A stretch of 64,000 bases of DNA from Myxococcales bacterium. Its GTDB lineage: Bacteria; Myxococcota_A; Bradymonadia; UBA7976; UBA1532. Position 1 is the first letter of the stretch. Each line of letters begins with the position of its first letter. Both the position numbers and the translations under genes were made by a program. Positions 21,302 through 30,864 of this stretch are shown here, one piece after another. Under the pieces are notes generated by a model. It ran no database searches. It saw only the letters and a list, made by a program, of their open reading frames with translations, and was not told the DNA's origin. Where the stretch lies: the NCBI GenBank assembly GCA_002731825.1, contig PCCS01000006.1, forward strand, positions 185,755-249,754. The letters run 5' to 3'.

Positions 21302-21913
21302 CTAGGGTCCACCATCTTTGAACAGCTTGCCTTCAGATGTGAGCGTCTGAAAGCGTGTTTTTGGTACATGGCAATTGTCGCAGAAAACCTTCTTTTTATG
21401 GACTAATTGCCACATCTTTTTGCTGATCTGACCCATTTTTGTGAAGCCGTCCTTTCCAGCGTGGCAGTCCTTACATTCGACGCCGTGCTCGACGGTCAAT
21501 GCCATCATTTGCTGAGAAATCAGTAATCGGTCAGTGTACCCCTTAAAGTCGGTCGTGTGGCAGAAACGGCATGGCTTCCTGAGAGCGCGTGTAAATTGTC
21601 TCATGGCTTTACGCCGTTCTTTTTTGTCAGTTGATGTGAACCATTTTTCGGCTCGCCCGTGCCAATCGGCGTCCACTGGGGCGGCTTTTGATGCGCCAGT
21701 TGCATGACCGTATGGTTGTGGGGATGCCGACTGCGGGGCCGATTGTTTGGCTGCATCGGTGGCTTGCTTTGGTTCTGAATCGGACTTAATGGTTTGATCG
21801 CGTTTTTTTGTGGATTCTTTGTGGGATGCACTTTTTTGGACTGGTTGTGCATATGTTCCAGCGCAAAACAGTGCACCCCAAAGGAATAACAATCCGATCT
21901 GAAGTGACTTCAT
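21302..21913 (-). CDS. Secreted triheme c-type cytochrome
   Basis: Three CXXCH motifs (CRFCH, CKDCH, CDNCH). Signal peptide MKSLQIGLLFLWGALFCAGTYAQ if translation starts at the ATG at 21913; the ORF is open to 21988. A basic, low-complexity linker lies between the signal peptide and the heme domain. Confidence 0.8.
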   Translation of the reverse strand: MKSLQIGLLFLWGALFCAGTYAQPVQKSASHKESTKKRDQTIKSDSEPKQATDAAKQSAPQSASPQPYGHATGASKAAPVDADWHGRAEKWFTSTDKKERRKAMRQFTRALRKPCRFCHTTDFKGYTDRLLISQQMMALTVEHGVECKDCHAGKDGFTKMGQISKKMWQLVHKKKVFCDNCHVPKTRFQTLTSEGKLFKDGGP

Positions 21914-22005
21914 AGTAAATTTACCCTGCATCAGAAATTTATTTATCACAATCCATGACAATACGACGATAATAACCTGGGCATTCAACGGAGACGGTAG
22001 AAACT

Positions 22006-22947
22006 GTGCGTATTCTCATTGTTATGGATCCTATAGACGGCGCTGACCTGGCGAAAGACACAACGGTCGGGTTTATTCTTGCTGCTCAATCACGTGATCA
22101 TTCTGTCTACTACTGTGATCAATCTCAACTCTATGTACATAACGGACAGGGCGCAGCCGTTTATGCCCAAATTCGTATAGACCCAGCTTCGTCTATACCC
22201 CTTGAAATAGGCCCCTTAGAACAGTCTCATCTGTCATCGTTTGATACTGTTTGGATGCGTAAAGATCCACCGGTTGACCGTGCATATCTTCATGCCACAC
22301 ACATTCTAGACTTGGTTGATGACGCCACGCTTGTTGTCAATTCACCCGATGGAGTTCGATTCGCAAACGAGAAGCTCTACGCCCAACTCTTCCCCGAGCT
22401 TTGCCCGGAGACCTATGTCAGTCGAGATAGCAAAGAGCTTTTACACCAAATTCGAAAACGATCAGGAGACACGGTTTTAAAGCCCATTGATGGTCATGGT
22501 GGAGCAGGTATATTTGTCGTTTCATCGGATGATCGAAATGCAGCGAGTGTCGTTGAGACCCTGACCGAGAATGGCCGTCGGTGGATCATCGCTCAGGAAT
22601 ATATCCCTGCTGCTCGAACAGGGGACAAGCGGATTATTCTCTTGGATGGCGAAATCCGTGGCGCAATCATTCGGGTGCCGCAAGACGATGAGAATCGGGG
22701 CAATATTCATGTTGGCGGTCAAGTGGAGCACATCGAATTATCCAAACGAGACCGCGCCATCTGTGATGCGGTCGGCCCGCGCTTGAAAAAAGATGGCCTC
22801 TGGTTTGTTGGACTCGACATCATTGGCGATTATTTGACCGAAATCAACGTAACAAGCCCAACGGGAATCCGAGAAATAAGTGAATTGACAGGCGTTGATA
22901 TTGGCCTGGAATATGTGGACTGGGTGCAACAGCGACTTCGGTCATGA
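22006..22947 (+). CDS. gshB: Glutathione synthetase (prokaryotic ATP-grasp)
   Basis: 313 aa, GTG start. Collinear with E. coli GshB blocks: VMDP, MRKDPP, LKPIDGHGGAGIF, GDKRIILLDGE, GLDIIGDYLTEINVTSPTGIREI. Confidence 0.95.
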   Translation: MRILIVMDPIDGADLAKDTTVGFILAAQSRDHSVYYCDQSQLYVHNGQGAAVYAQIRIDPASSIPLEIGPLEQSHLSSFDTVWMRKDPPVDRAYLHATHILDLVDDATLVVNSPDGVRFANEKLYAQLFPELCPETYVSRDSKELLHQIRKRSGDTVLKPIDGHGGAGIFVVSSDDRNAASVVETLTENGRRWIIAQEYIPAARTGDKRIILLDGEIRGAIIRVPQDDENRGNIHVGGQVEHIELSKRDRAICDAVGPRLKKDGLWFVGLDIIGDYLTEINVTSPTGIREISELTGVDIGLEYVDWVQQRLRS

Positions 22948-22952
22948 TCGGT

Positions 22953-23945
22953 TTATTTACCCTTTAGATAGCGTTTAACAGCCCCCCTGTGTTCTTTGTA
23001 TGTTTCACTAAAATAGTGCCGTTTTGAGCCGTCTTGGCGTGCCACGAAAAAGAGTATTTTCGCCGCACTTTCTCCGCCGAACGGATCCAGGGAGGCTTTC
23101 AGTGCCGAGGCACCGGGATTCCCAATGGGTGTCGGTGGTAAGCCCTTTATGACGTATGTGCTGTATGGATTTGTCTTGTCTTTGCATGTACGAGGACTTG
23201 GCTTCGATTTGTATAGAGTGGCGTGGTAGACGCATGTGGGGTCGCTCTGGAGTTTCATGCCCCGCTCCAGTCGATTTAAGAAAACCCGAACAATTTTCTG
23301 CTGCTCATCTAAATGGCCCGATTCTTTCTGAGCCATGGACGCAATGTTGATAAGGTCCTCATCGGATAATTTTGACGTTTTCCGAAGGCGACTGCCTTTA
23401 AGTTGACTCCAAACGACTTTGTGTCTGTTTAAGAGACGGTCAATAACATCATCTGTGTCGAGCTTTGCGATGAAGCTGTATGTGTCCGGAAACAGCCGGC
23501 CTTCGAGCCGTTCCATTTCAACACGTTTCAAAAACCGATCTCGATCAACTAATTTCACTTTGGCGAGCCGGTCGGCCATTTGCCAACGGTTCCAGCCTTC
23601 AGGAAGTGTAACCCGAATACTCTTTTCGGGTTGCCCTTGGGTTAATTCATGTAGAAGCTGTCTCGGGGTACTGCGGCCATCAATCAAGTATTGACCCGCC
23701 TTTATGTTCCGATCTTGGCCCGAAAATCGGGCGTAAAGTTCGAAGACAAGTACATCAGACAAAACGGTTCGCTGAGCCAATTTTGCGACCAGCTGTTTGA
23801 AGGTCATACCTTGAGCAACGCTAATGCGAATCGATGCCTTCCTTTGTGCGATGGGTTCATCGAGAGTCCCAATGCGTTGGTAGATATAAAGACTGGTCCC
23901 AAGGGTGACGATAATGAGTGCCCCAAGAACAGTCTTAATGGACAT
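22953..23945 (-). CDS. mltG: Endolytic murein transglycosylase MltG (YceG-like)
   Basis: N-terminal TM anchor (IKTVLGALIIVTLGTSLYIY) and YceG blocks (LPEGW, ASMAQKES, NPYSTYVIKGLPPTPIGNPG). The ATG at 23945 gives a TAATG junction with ruvX; the ORF is open to 23987. Confidence 0.9.
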   Translation of the reverse strand: MSIKTVLGALIIVTLGTSLYIYQRIGTLDEPIAQRKASIRISVAQGMTFKQLVAKLAQRTVLSDVLVFELYARFSGQDRNIKAGQYLIDGRSTPRQLLHELTQGQPEKSIRVTLPEGWNRWQMADRLAKVKLVDRDRFLKRVEMERLEGRLFPDTYSFIAKLDTDDVIDRLLNRHKVVWSQLKGSRLRKTSKLSDEDLINIASMAQKESGHLDEQQKIVRVFLNRLERGMKLQSDPTCVYHATLYKSKPSPRTCKDKTNPYSTYVIKGLPPTPIGNPGASALKASLDPFGGESAAKILFFVARQDGSKRHYFSETYKEHRGAVKRYLKGK

Positions 23946-24385
23946 TAATCTTGGTGCTTTTTCTTGTTCTTCTGAGCGTCCAACCATCCTTGGAGGATAA
24001 TTGCTGCGGCGACTTTATCAACGAGACTTTTACGCGCTAGTCGCCGAGTCCCCCCTGCAATGAGCGACCGTTCAGCGGCAACGGAGCTCATGCGCTCGTC
24101 CCATTTTACAATCGGTACAGTGGTCTTTACTCTCAGCTCATCGATCAGATGCTGAACTTTTTTTGCCAGCCGCCCCTCGCGTCCACTCGTTTCCAATGGC
24201 CAGCCGACGACAATTTGTGACACTTTTTCCTGCTTGATCCAGTTCATGAGTGTTTCCATATCCTGGTCAGGCGTTGTTCGATGTAGTGTCTCGAATGGCG
24301 TCGCGATGGTGTGAGTTGGATCACTGACTGCAAGTCCAATCCGTTTGGTCCCGACATCGATGCCAAGAATTCGTTGAATCATCAA
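23945..24385 (-). CDS. ruvX: YqgF/RuvX putative pre-16S rRNA nuclease (Holliday junction resolvase-like)
   Basis: 146 aa with N-terminus ILGIDVGTKRIGLAVSD. Its start overlaps the stop of the upstream lipoprotein gene by 4 nt. Confidence 0.9.
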   Translation of the reverse strand: MMIQRILGIDVGTKRIGLAVSDPTHTIATPFETLHRTTPDQDMETLMNWIKQEKVSQIVVGWPLETSGREGRLAKKVQHLIDELRVKTTVPIVKWDERMSSVAAERSLIAGGTRRLARKSLVDKVAAAIILQGWLDAQKNKKKHQD

Positions 24386-25590
24386 CGCTGCTCCGCAGTC
24401 TTGGCTTTTGAACGTCGGGTCGGTCTTGGTTGCGCTTCCATCGCCTCCGGTTCACCGGCCGTTTCCCTGGCAGTCTGAGCCGCTTTTTCATTTTCTTCGA
24501 TCAAAGCTCGCAGTTTTTCCAGACGCAATTCGGTTTCTTTAATCCATTGATTTTCTGCACCAAGTCTCAAGCCCATGGCGATATTCCGCTCATAAATCTT
24601 AACGGAATGCGTCAACACAGGCTGCAGTTTGTCTTTGAGTTCAAGTAGGTAATACTTGCGCATGGTCTCATCAAAGTCTTTCGGCACGTCTGCTTTGACA
24701 ACGTCGTTATAAAAACTTTCGTAGAGTTCGCCAAGCTTCAGTCCTGCGGCGGTCGCCCAGTAGGAACTTCTTACGTTGAGGGTATCGATATAAGAACTCT
24801 GGGACTGGCGAAAGAATCGGATCTTCGATTGTAAGTCACCCTCCATCGATTTGAGTGGAAGTTTAAGCCGTACTTTCGAACTTAACTCGCCATAGATTTC
24901 TCCTTTTCGATAATGACATTCGGCCGCTAAGTCGTTTCCGACAATCTGCTCACCAGTCTCTTTCTTTATCCATTTGAGGGCTGCACGAATATCGCCTTCA
25001 CCGCGGGCAAACTGATGCATTTTTGCGAGCGAGATCCCGCGTCTTAAATGTGCCTCAGCCCGGTCAAAATGACCAATATTCACCCGCGTGAGTAGTTCAT
25101 CATATAGTTTGACAGCGATTGGATAATTACCTGATTCGACAAGGTTAAACCCCCAGCGATATTGTCCATCAAGCCTGTCAGACGGTTTTTTTGCTCGTTC
25201 AATGTAAAGCCGAAAATCGTTTGCGGCTGCATTGTGTCGGAGGGCTTCTTCTAGACACAAACCGCGATTAAAGAGTGCGACCAATGCAAATCGTGATTTA
25301 GGGAAGCGGTCTAAGAGTTGGGTATAATCATCAATACATTTCTCAAATTGATTCTGTTCATAGAATTCTTTTGCACTCTCGAACAGTGAGAAGGCATCGA
25401 ATGTCTCAATGACATTTTTACCGTCTTTCTTCGTCACCTCGACGACAACAGGTTCCATTTCCAGCACGGTTTTCTCAGACTGAATTTGGCGTGAACCGCA
25501 GCCGACGATCAGTAGGCCAAAAGCAACGCAGTGCATAAACGAACTGAGCGATGATGTGTACTTCATGGTCGATTTTGACAGCACTCTCAT
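24382..25590 (-). CDS. TPR-repeat lipoprotein
   Basis: 402 aa with lipobox LLIVGC, TPR-like helical repeats through the body and a basic C-terminal tail. It overlaps both flanking genes by 4 nt. Confidence 0.7.
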   Translation of the reverse strand: MRVLSKSTMKYTSSLSSFMHCVAFGLLIVGCGSRQIQSEKTVLEMEPVVVEVTKKDGKNVIETFDAFSLFESAKEFYEQNQFEKCIDDYTQLLDRFPKSRFALVALFNRGLCLEEALRHNAAANDFRLYIERAKKPSDRLDGQYRWGFNLVESGNYPIAVKLYDELLTRVNIGHFDRAEAHLRRGISLAKMHQFARGEGDIRAALKWIKKETGEQIVGNDLAAECHYRKGEIYGELSSKVRLKLPLKSMEGDLQSKIRFFRQSQSSYIDTLNVRSSYWATAAGLKLGELYESFYNDVVKADVPKDFDETMRKYYLLELKDKLQPVLTHSVKIYERNIAMGLRLGAENQWIKETELRLEKLRALIEENEKAAQTARETAGEPEAMEAQPRPTRRSKAKTAEQR

Positions 25591-26738
25591 GGAGATGTTC
25601 CTGATACGTATAGCTGAATTTCATTGGCCAGCTCTAAAAGGTCAGCCTGAGAGGTCAATCCCGAGTTCAGCCTTGGTGCGATAAATTGTGGCTGTTGTAT
25701 TCTTAGCGCGAGCGTCTCACAGATGTGCGCTTCCTGCTGAGCGCGCTGATTATGTTCTGATAGGGTCAAGGTCAAACGTGTTAAAAGCTGATGATAATCT
25801 GACTCTCTTTTTGGTTTTAACGCCGCGCCCTCCCATGCTGAAGCCAACAGATCTCCATTGATCGCATTGTTTGTATCGAACAGAATCTCTTGGTGGACAC
25901 GATTGACAATCACGCCACCCACCGGCAGTTGACGGCGCTCCAACTCGCCAAAAAATGCGATGGCATCTTCGATTCTAGGTGCCGATGGTGCTGTGACAAG
26001 AAAGAAACTTGTTCCATCTGCTCGCAGTAAAGCTCGGACCTGTTCCCCAGCATCTTGGAGGGCACCGAGAATACTTCGAAACTGGCCAAGAAATTCGGCT
26101 AAATCATCAAGGAACGGGCCGCCCGTCAGTCGATTGAGTCCACGCAGGACGATCTGTCGACCTTGACTCGCCAATCGACTCGAGATGCTTTTCTTATTGG
26201 TCCCGTCAATTGCGTTTAGCGGGATCTTCATAAGACCATCGACCAGCCTATCGGGTGCGTCAAAAAAGTCTAATGCATGGGCGGCAGGAGGTGTATCGAG
26301 GACGACGAGATCAAAGTCGTGTTCATCCATTAAGACACGGACTTGCTCGACAGCCATGTATTCCAAAGTACCAGCCAGTGACGTACTGAAATACCCATAG
26401 TATCTATTTTTCAATATGCCTCGTGCGACCTTTCGATCTTGGGCAAATCTAAGGACCATATTATCGCCGGCAGCTTTTGTATCAAGCATCATGGCCCAGA
26501 GTTCACCGGAGGCCTTCTCATCCGTTGGAACGCGCTTGAGTTCATGGTTCAGTTCCGTGAGTCCCAGCGCTTGAGCGAGTCGTTTTGCCGGGTCGATGGT
26601 GAGGACAGCGACTCGTCTGCCAAGACCTGCTGCTCGAAGTGCAAGCGCCGCAGCCACCGTCGTTTTGCCAACACCACCGCAGCCAGCGGTCACAATTAGG
26701 CTGGCCGATTCAAGCTGCTTTATAAGTGGATCAATCAC
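25587..26738 (-). CDS. ArsA/Get3-family P-loop ATPase (divergent subunit)
   Basis: 383 aa with P-loop TAGCGGVGKTTVAAALA. Its switch-II/'DTAPTGHT'-equivalent is degenerate (VLDTPPAAHALDFF). Confidence 0.8.
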   Translation of the reverse strand: MIDPLIKQLESASLIVTAGCGGVGKTTVAAALALRAAGLGRRVAVLTIDPAKRLAQALGLTELNHELKRVPTDEKASGELWAMMLDTKAAGDNMVLRFAQDRKVARGILKNRYYGYFSTSLAGTLEYMAVEQVRVLMDEHDFDLVVLDTPPAAHALDFFDAPDRLVDGLMKIPLNAIDGTNKKSISSRLASQGRQIVLRGLNRLTGGPFLDDLAEFLGQFRSILGALQDAGEQVRALLRADGTSFFLVTAPSAPRIEDAIAFFGELERRQLPVGGVIVNRVHQEILFDTNNAINGDLLASAWEGAALKPKRESDYHQLLTRLTLTLSEHNQRAQQEAHICETLALRIQQPQFIAPRLNSGLTSQADLLELANEIQLYVSGTSP

Positions 26739-27684
26739 GGGTCGTTATTGCCTCGTCGATGGTCTGAGCCAATGCGTCTATTTCACGCCGACCAAAATCA
26801 ATGCCATACTGCATTGGTAGACAAATTACCGGACAGTCTAGGCGCTCTAATTTCTTCAAAAACCGGTTCGAATCGTTGACGTGTTGCTGGCGTAATTTGC
26901 CGGCGTCCCACAAGGGTTTGATGACCTCGTCAGACGGCGCATCAACCCACTGGTCAAAGTCATCGCTCAGGTGTCGAGGGATAGCGGGTGCTGGGACTTG
27001 ATTCAAGAACACCGTGGATACTGGGAGTTGGATGTCTTCAGTTAAAGCTGAGAATAACTCCATGGTTTCTTGAATCGGCAATTCTTCCGGCAATGAAACA
27101 AGGTGAATCCCGCACCGAGCAGGATCTGCCAATAGACTCCACATATCATGACTCTCACGATGCATGTTTCCGCTCGGGACCGCATTCATGATCACTTTGG
27201 GCAATGTAAAGAAGGTCAAACTGTGTCCTGTGGCGGGTGCATCGATAATGATTCGATCCCAGACAGGTTGACCATTTTGATCGACTTCACGTTCATGATT
27301 GAAGGCTTTGCCGAGCATGAGTAGATCATTGATTCCTGGAATGAATCGGACCAGAGCGCCAACCAAAGGATTTTCAAAAACAAGACGATAGAACGCTCTA
27401 AACTTCAGTTTCATTAATCCATATTCCTGCATCGCTTCAGACGGATTAATGTTCACGCTCCACAGGTTGTCTTCGAGTTTTTTAATGGATGAACCAGCCG
27501 GCTCATGACCCAGTAACCTAGAGACCCGTTCATGGGTATTGAGTTCACAAACGAGAGTTTTGTGACCCCGCTTTGCAGATACAAGCGCCAGTACAGCGGC
27601 CAGAGTACTTTTACCCACCCCCCCCTTGCCTGTAATCAGGGTAAATCTCTTGAGAATTTCTGTACTTCGAAGGGCCTGATTCAT
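26731..27684 (-). CDS. ArsA/Get3-family P-loop ATPase (canonical subunit)
   Basis: 317 aa with P-loop ITGKGGVGKSTLAAVLA and a near-canonical signature IIDAPATGHSLTFF. It overlaps the downstream paralog by 8 nt. Confidence 0.8.
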   Translation of the reverse strand: MNQALRSTEILKRFTLITGKGGVGKSTLAAVLALVSAKRGHKTLVCELNTHERVSRLLGHEPAGSSIKKLEDNLWSVNINPSEAMQEYGLMKLKFRAFYRLVFENPLVGALVRFIPGINDLLMLGKAFNHEREVDQNGQPVWDRIIIDAPATGHSLTFFTLPKVIMNAVPSGNMHRESHDMWSLLADPARCGIHLVSLPEELPIQETMELFSALTEDIQLPVSTVFLNQVPAPAIPRHLSDDFDQWVDAPSDEVIKPLWDAGKLRQQHVNDSNRFLKKLERLDCPVICLPMQYGIDFGRREIDALAQTIDEAITTRD

Positions 27685-27710
27685 ATGTCTATGTATTCTC
27701 AGCGCACGCC

Positions 27711-28565
27711 TTATGAATAATCGTAGAAGCCGCGACCAACCTTGCGACCGAGTTTGCCCGCTCGCACCATTTTTCTGAGTATACGCGGTGGTCTAAATGT
27801 ATCGCTACCTATCTCTCGATAAAGATGTTCGCTGATCGCAAGCCTTACGTCCAGACCCACTAGGTCTGTGAGTGCAAGTGGCCCGATTGGATGGCGGTAG
27901 CCCAAGGCCATGGCTTTGTCGATGTCAGCAGCACTGGCCACCCCCTCTTCGAACATTCGCATGGCTTCATTGCCCAGTGCGATACCCAATCGACTGGTCG
28001 CAAAGCCGGGCGAATCGTTGACTTCGATACACTCTTTTTTCATCTGCTCTGCAACGGAGCGTGTCGCCTTCAGCGTTTTATCACTCGTATATTCTCCTCG
28101 CACCAGCTCAACTAGAGGCATGATCGCTACCGGATTAAAAAAGTGCATGCCAACGACAGCCTCAGGTCGGCTGACAGCTGATGCGATCTCCGTTATCGAC
28201 AGACTGCTCGTATTTGACGCCATGATTAAATGGGGCCCACCGTATTTTTCAAAGGTAGCGAAGAGTTCGGTTTTGAGGCCCATGTTCTCTGGGACGGCTT
28301 CGATGACTAGGTCGGCCGTTTTAAGGGCATCTTCGAGACAACTTTTAATCATGAGCCGACCCTTAGCTGCCTCTACAGCACTGGCCTCTACTTTACCCTT
28401 AGACACCCCTTTCTTGTAGGTTTTGTCGATGAGTTCCAGAGCTGCTTTTAATTTCTCTTCGCTAATATCATATAAGTTGACCTTATATCCCGAGAGTGCA
28501 GCCTGACCGGCGATGCCATTTCCCATGGTGCCGGTACCGACAACTGTGATTGTTTCTATGCTCAT
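27711..28565 (-). CDS. hbd: 3-hydroxybutyryl-CoA / 3-hydroxyacyl-CoA dehydrogenase
   Basis: 284 aa with Rossmann motif VVGTGTMGNGIA and conserved blocks ASNTSSLSITE and HFFNPV. Confidence 0.92.
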   Translation of the reverse strand: MSIETITVVGTGTMGNGIAGQAALSGYKVNLYDISEEKLKAALELIDKTYKKGVSKGKVEASAVEAAKGRLMIKSCLEDALKTADLVIEAVPENMGLKTELFATFEKYGGPHLIMASNTSSLSITEIASAVSRPEAVVGMHFFNPVAIMPLVELVRGEYTSDKTLKATRSVAEQMKKECIEVNDSPGFATSRLGIALGNEAMRMFEEGVASAADIDKAMALGYRHPIGPLALTDLVGLDVRLAISEHLYREIGSDTFRPPRILRKMVRAGKLGRKVGRGFYDYS

Positions 28566-28639
28566 AATTGAGAGACCTCCTGTGACAAAGCGACAGCGGA
28601 TGATATGAATCGTCTGTCAGTACATCAAGGAGGTAAGAA

Positions 28640-29515
28640 ATGAACCAGATAATTCGTGCGGATCGTTTTGGTGATGATGGAATTATTCGAGTCAGTTATG
28701 AAAAACGCGGGCGCGTTGCTCTTTTCACGCTCAAAGATGAAAATCTGAATGGTTACACTTATAAAATGTTCCGTGACCTCGATGATTGCATACTCAGAGC
28801 GCGTTTCGACCCCGATGTAGAGGCTATTATAATCACGGGTAATGGTGAGCATTTTTGTGCGGGAGCCAACATCAATATGCTCGAAGCAGCAGACGCGACC
28901 AGCAAGTATTATTTTTGTTTGCACGCCAATGAAACGGTCTCCCGATTAGAGCAAACACCTAAATTGGTCATCGCCGCAATTAATGGCCATTGTGTCGGCG
29001 GCGGTTTTGAAATCGCTCTTGGTTGCGACCTGCGGATTGCGAGAAATGGAGGGGGACGAGTTGGCTTACCAGAGGTCTCATTGGGTGTTTTACCTGGAAC
29101 TGGAGGTACTCAGCGCCTCACTCGACTGATCGGCGCCTCCAAAGCCATGGAAATGATGTTGAGTGGCCAAACCTATCCCGTCTCCAAAGGGGCCGATTTA
29201 GGGCTTGTGCATCGGGTCATTGGTGAGACCGAGACCAAAGAGATTAAAGGTAAGCAAAGAACAGTCGCAGCCATGTCTCGCGATGAGTTTATCGATGAGG
29301 TGGTGTCTATTGCCAATGGTTATTGTTCACCCGACCGAGCGGGGCTTGCTGTTGGACATATTAAGCGAGCCGTCCAGAGTGGTGGGGAGTTGCCCCTGGA
29401 GTCTGGATTGGCTCTTGAGCGTGAACTTCAAGCCAAGCTATTCTCAAGTGATGATGCACGGGAAGGTTTGGCGGCCTTTGTGGAAAAGAGAAAAGCGAGT
29501 TTTACAGGACAATGA
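28640..29515 (+). CDS. Enoyl-CoA hydratase/isomerase (crotonase) family protein
   Basis: 291 aa with crotonase core FCAGANI...[30 protein letters not shown] ribosome-binding site. Confidence 0.9.
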   Translation: MNQIIRADRFGDDGIIRVSYEKRGRVALFTLKDENLNGYTYKMFRDLDDCILRARFDPDVEAIIITGNGEHFCAGANINMLEAADATSKYYFCLHANETVSRLEQTPKLVIAAINGHCVGGGFEIALGCDLRIARNGGGRVGLPEVSLGVLPGTGGTQRLTRLIGASKAMEMMLSGQTYPVSKGADLGLVHRVIGETETKEIKGKQRTVAAMSRDEFIDEVVSIANGYCSPDRAGLAVGHIKRAVQSGGELPLESGLALERELQAKLFSSDDAREGLAAFVEKRKASFTGQ

Positions 29516-30306
29516 AAACCTATTTGGATTTACTCAATAGAGTTCTCGAAGAGGGCACTCTTAAAGAGGATAGGACAGGTACTGGGACCCTCAGTCTTTT
29601 TGGCGCCCAGATGCGATACGACCTAGATGCAGGTTTCCCCGCAGTGACGACCAAGAAACTTCAGTGGAAAAGCATGGTTCATGAACTCCTTTGGTTTCTG
29701 CGCGGTGAGACTAATATTGCCTATTTAAAGGCCAATAACGTAGGAATTTGGGATGCTTGGGCTGACCAGAATGGAGACTTGGGTCCCGTCTACGGCGCTC
29801 AATGGCGTTCTTGGGGAACGGCACGAGGGGAGACGATTGATCAGATTACTAACGTGGTCGAACAGATTGGCAGTAATCCAAATTCGCGTCGTCTCATTGT
29901 CAGTGCTTGGAACGTTGGTGAAATCGATAAGATGAAACTGCCTCCCTGCCACCTGCTTTTTCAGTTTTATGTCGCCAATAATCAGCTGTCATGCCAACTG
30001 TACCAGCGGAGCGCAGATTTATTTCTCGGAGTTCCGTTTAATATCGCGTCGTATGCCCTGTTGACTCACATGATTGCTCAAGTAACTGGCTTGGGGGTCG
30101 GTGATTTTGTCCATACAATAGGGGATGCTCACATTTACACAAACCATATTGAGCAGGTGAAAACTCAATTAGCACGGTCACCGAAGCCATTGCCCCGCCT
30201 GGCCTTAGATTCATCTGTTAAGACACTCAATGATTTTCGCTACGAACATATTCGGTTAGATGGATATCAGTATGAACCGGCAATTCGCGCGCCGGTCGCT
30301 GTCTAG
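29512..30306 (+). CDS. thyA: Thymidylate synthase (ThyA)
   Basis: 264 aa with blocks [25 protein letters not shown] (catalytic Cys) and [18 protein letters not shown]. Confidence 0.98.
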   Translation: MKTYLDLLNRVLEEGTLKEDRTGTGTLSLFGAQMRYDLDAGFPAVTTKKLQWKSMVHELLWFLRGETNIAYLKANNVGIWDAWADQNGDLGPVYGAQWRSWGTARGETIDQITNVVEQIGSNPNSRRLIVSAWNVGEIDKMKLPPCHLLFQFYVANNQLSCQLYQRSADLFLGVPFNIASYALLTHMIAQVTGLGVGDFVHTIGDAHIYTNHIEQVKTQLARSPKPLPRLALDSSVKTLNDFRYEHIRLDGYQYEPAIRAPVAV

Positions 30307-30864
30307 TTGATGATGTCATTAAACTCGGAATCAATAGGTCGTCTGACCTTGATTGCAGGCATAGGAACTAATTGGGTGATTGGAAACCAGGGTCAATTAC
30401 CTTGGCACATGCCTGCAGACCTCAAGTATTTTAAGCGACAGACGAGTGGTAAATGCATCCTTATGGGTAGACGCACCCACGAGTCGATCGGCAGACCGCT
30501 CCCGAATCGTCGGAACATTGTTTTGTCCCGACGCCAAGGCTACAGCCCTGACGGTGTCGACGTGATTTCTGAACTCGGTCAACTGCCCGACCTTCTGGAT
30601 GGCGATCCAGATATTATGGTCATTGGCGGAGAGCAAATCTATCGACTCTGCCTTCCTATTGCCCAGCGCATTTTACTGACGATCATCGAGGCGGCGCCAA
30701 AAGGTGACGCATGCTTCCCTCGGCTTGAGAGAAATCAATGGTTCATGAAGAATACTGAGACGCATTCTGCCGATGACAAGAATCCTCACGATTATCATTT
30801 TATTGAACTGGTTCGTTCCGCCGAGTATCCAAGCTTGCCTAAGCAGTTCCCGCGCGCCCTTTAA
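30307..30864 (+). CDS. folA: Dihydrofolate reductase
   Basis: TTG start immediately after the thyA stop. Blocks IGNQGQLPWHMPADLKYFKRQT, ILMGRRTHESIGRPLPNRRNIVLSR and VIGGEQIY. It has a longer C-terminal tail than E. coli FolA. Confidence 0.93.
   Translation: MMMSLNSESIGRLTLIAGIGTNWVIGNQGQLPWHMPADLKYFKRQTSGKCILMGRRTHESIGRPLPNRRNIVLSRRQGYSPDGVDVISELGQLPDLLDGDPDIMVIGGEQIYRLCLPIAQRILLTIIEAAPKGDACFPRLERNQWFMKNTETHSADDKNPHDYHFIELVRSAEYPSLPKQFPRAL

Noticed and set aside
28592-28618. GACAG-N17-CTGTC inverted repeat in the hbd/crotonase divergent intergenic region, considered as a possible operator.
   Set aside because: The arms are only 5 bp with a long spacer, which is expected by chance. No adjacent regulator gene supports it.
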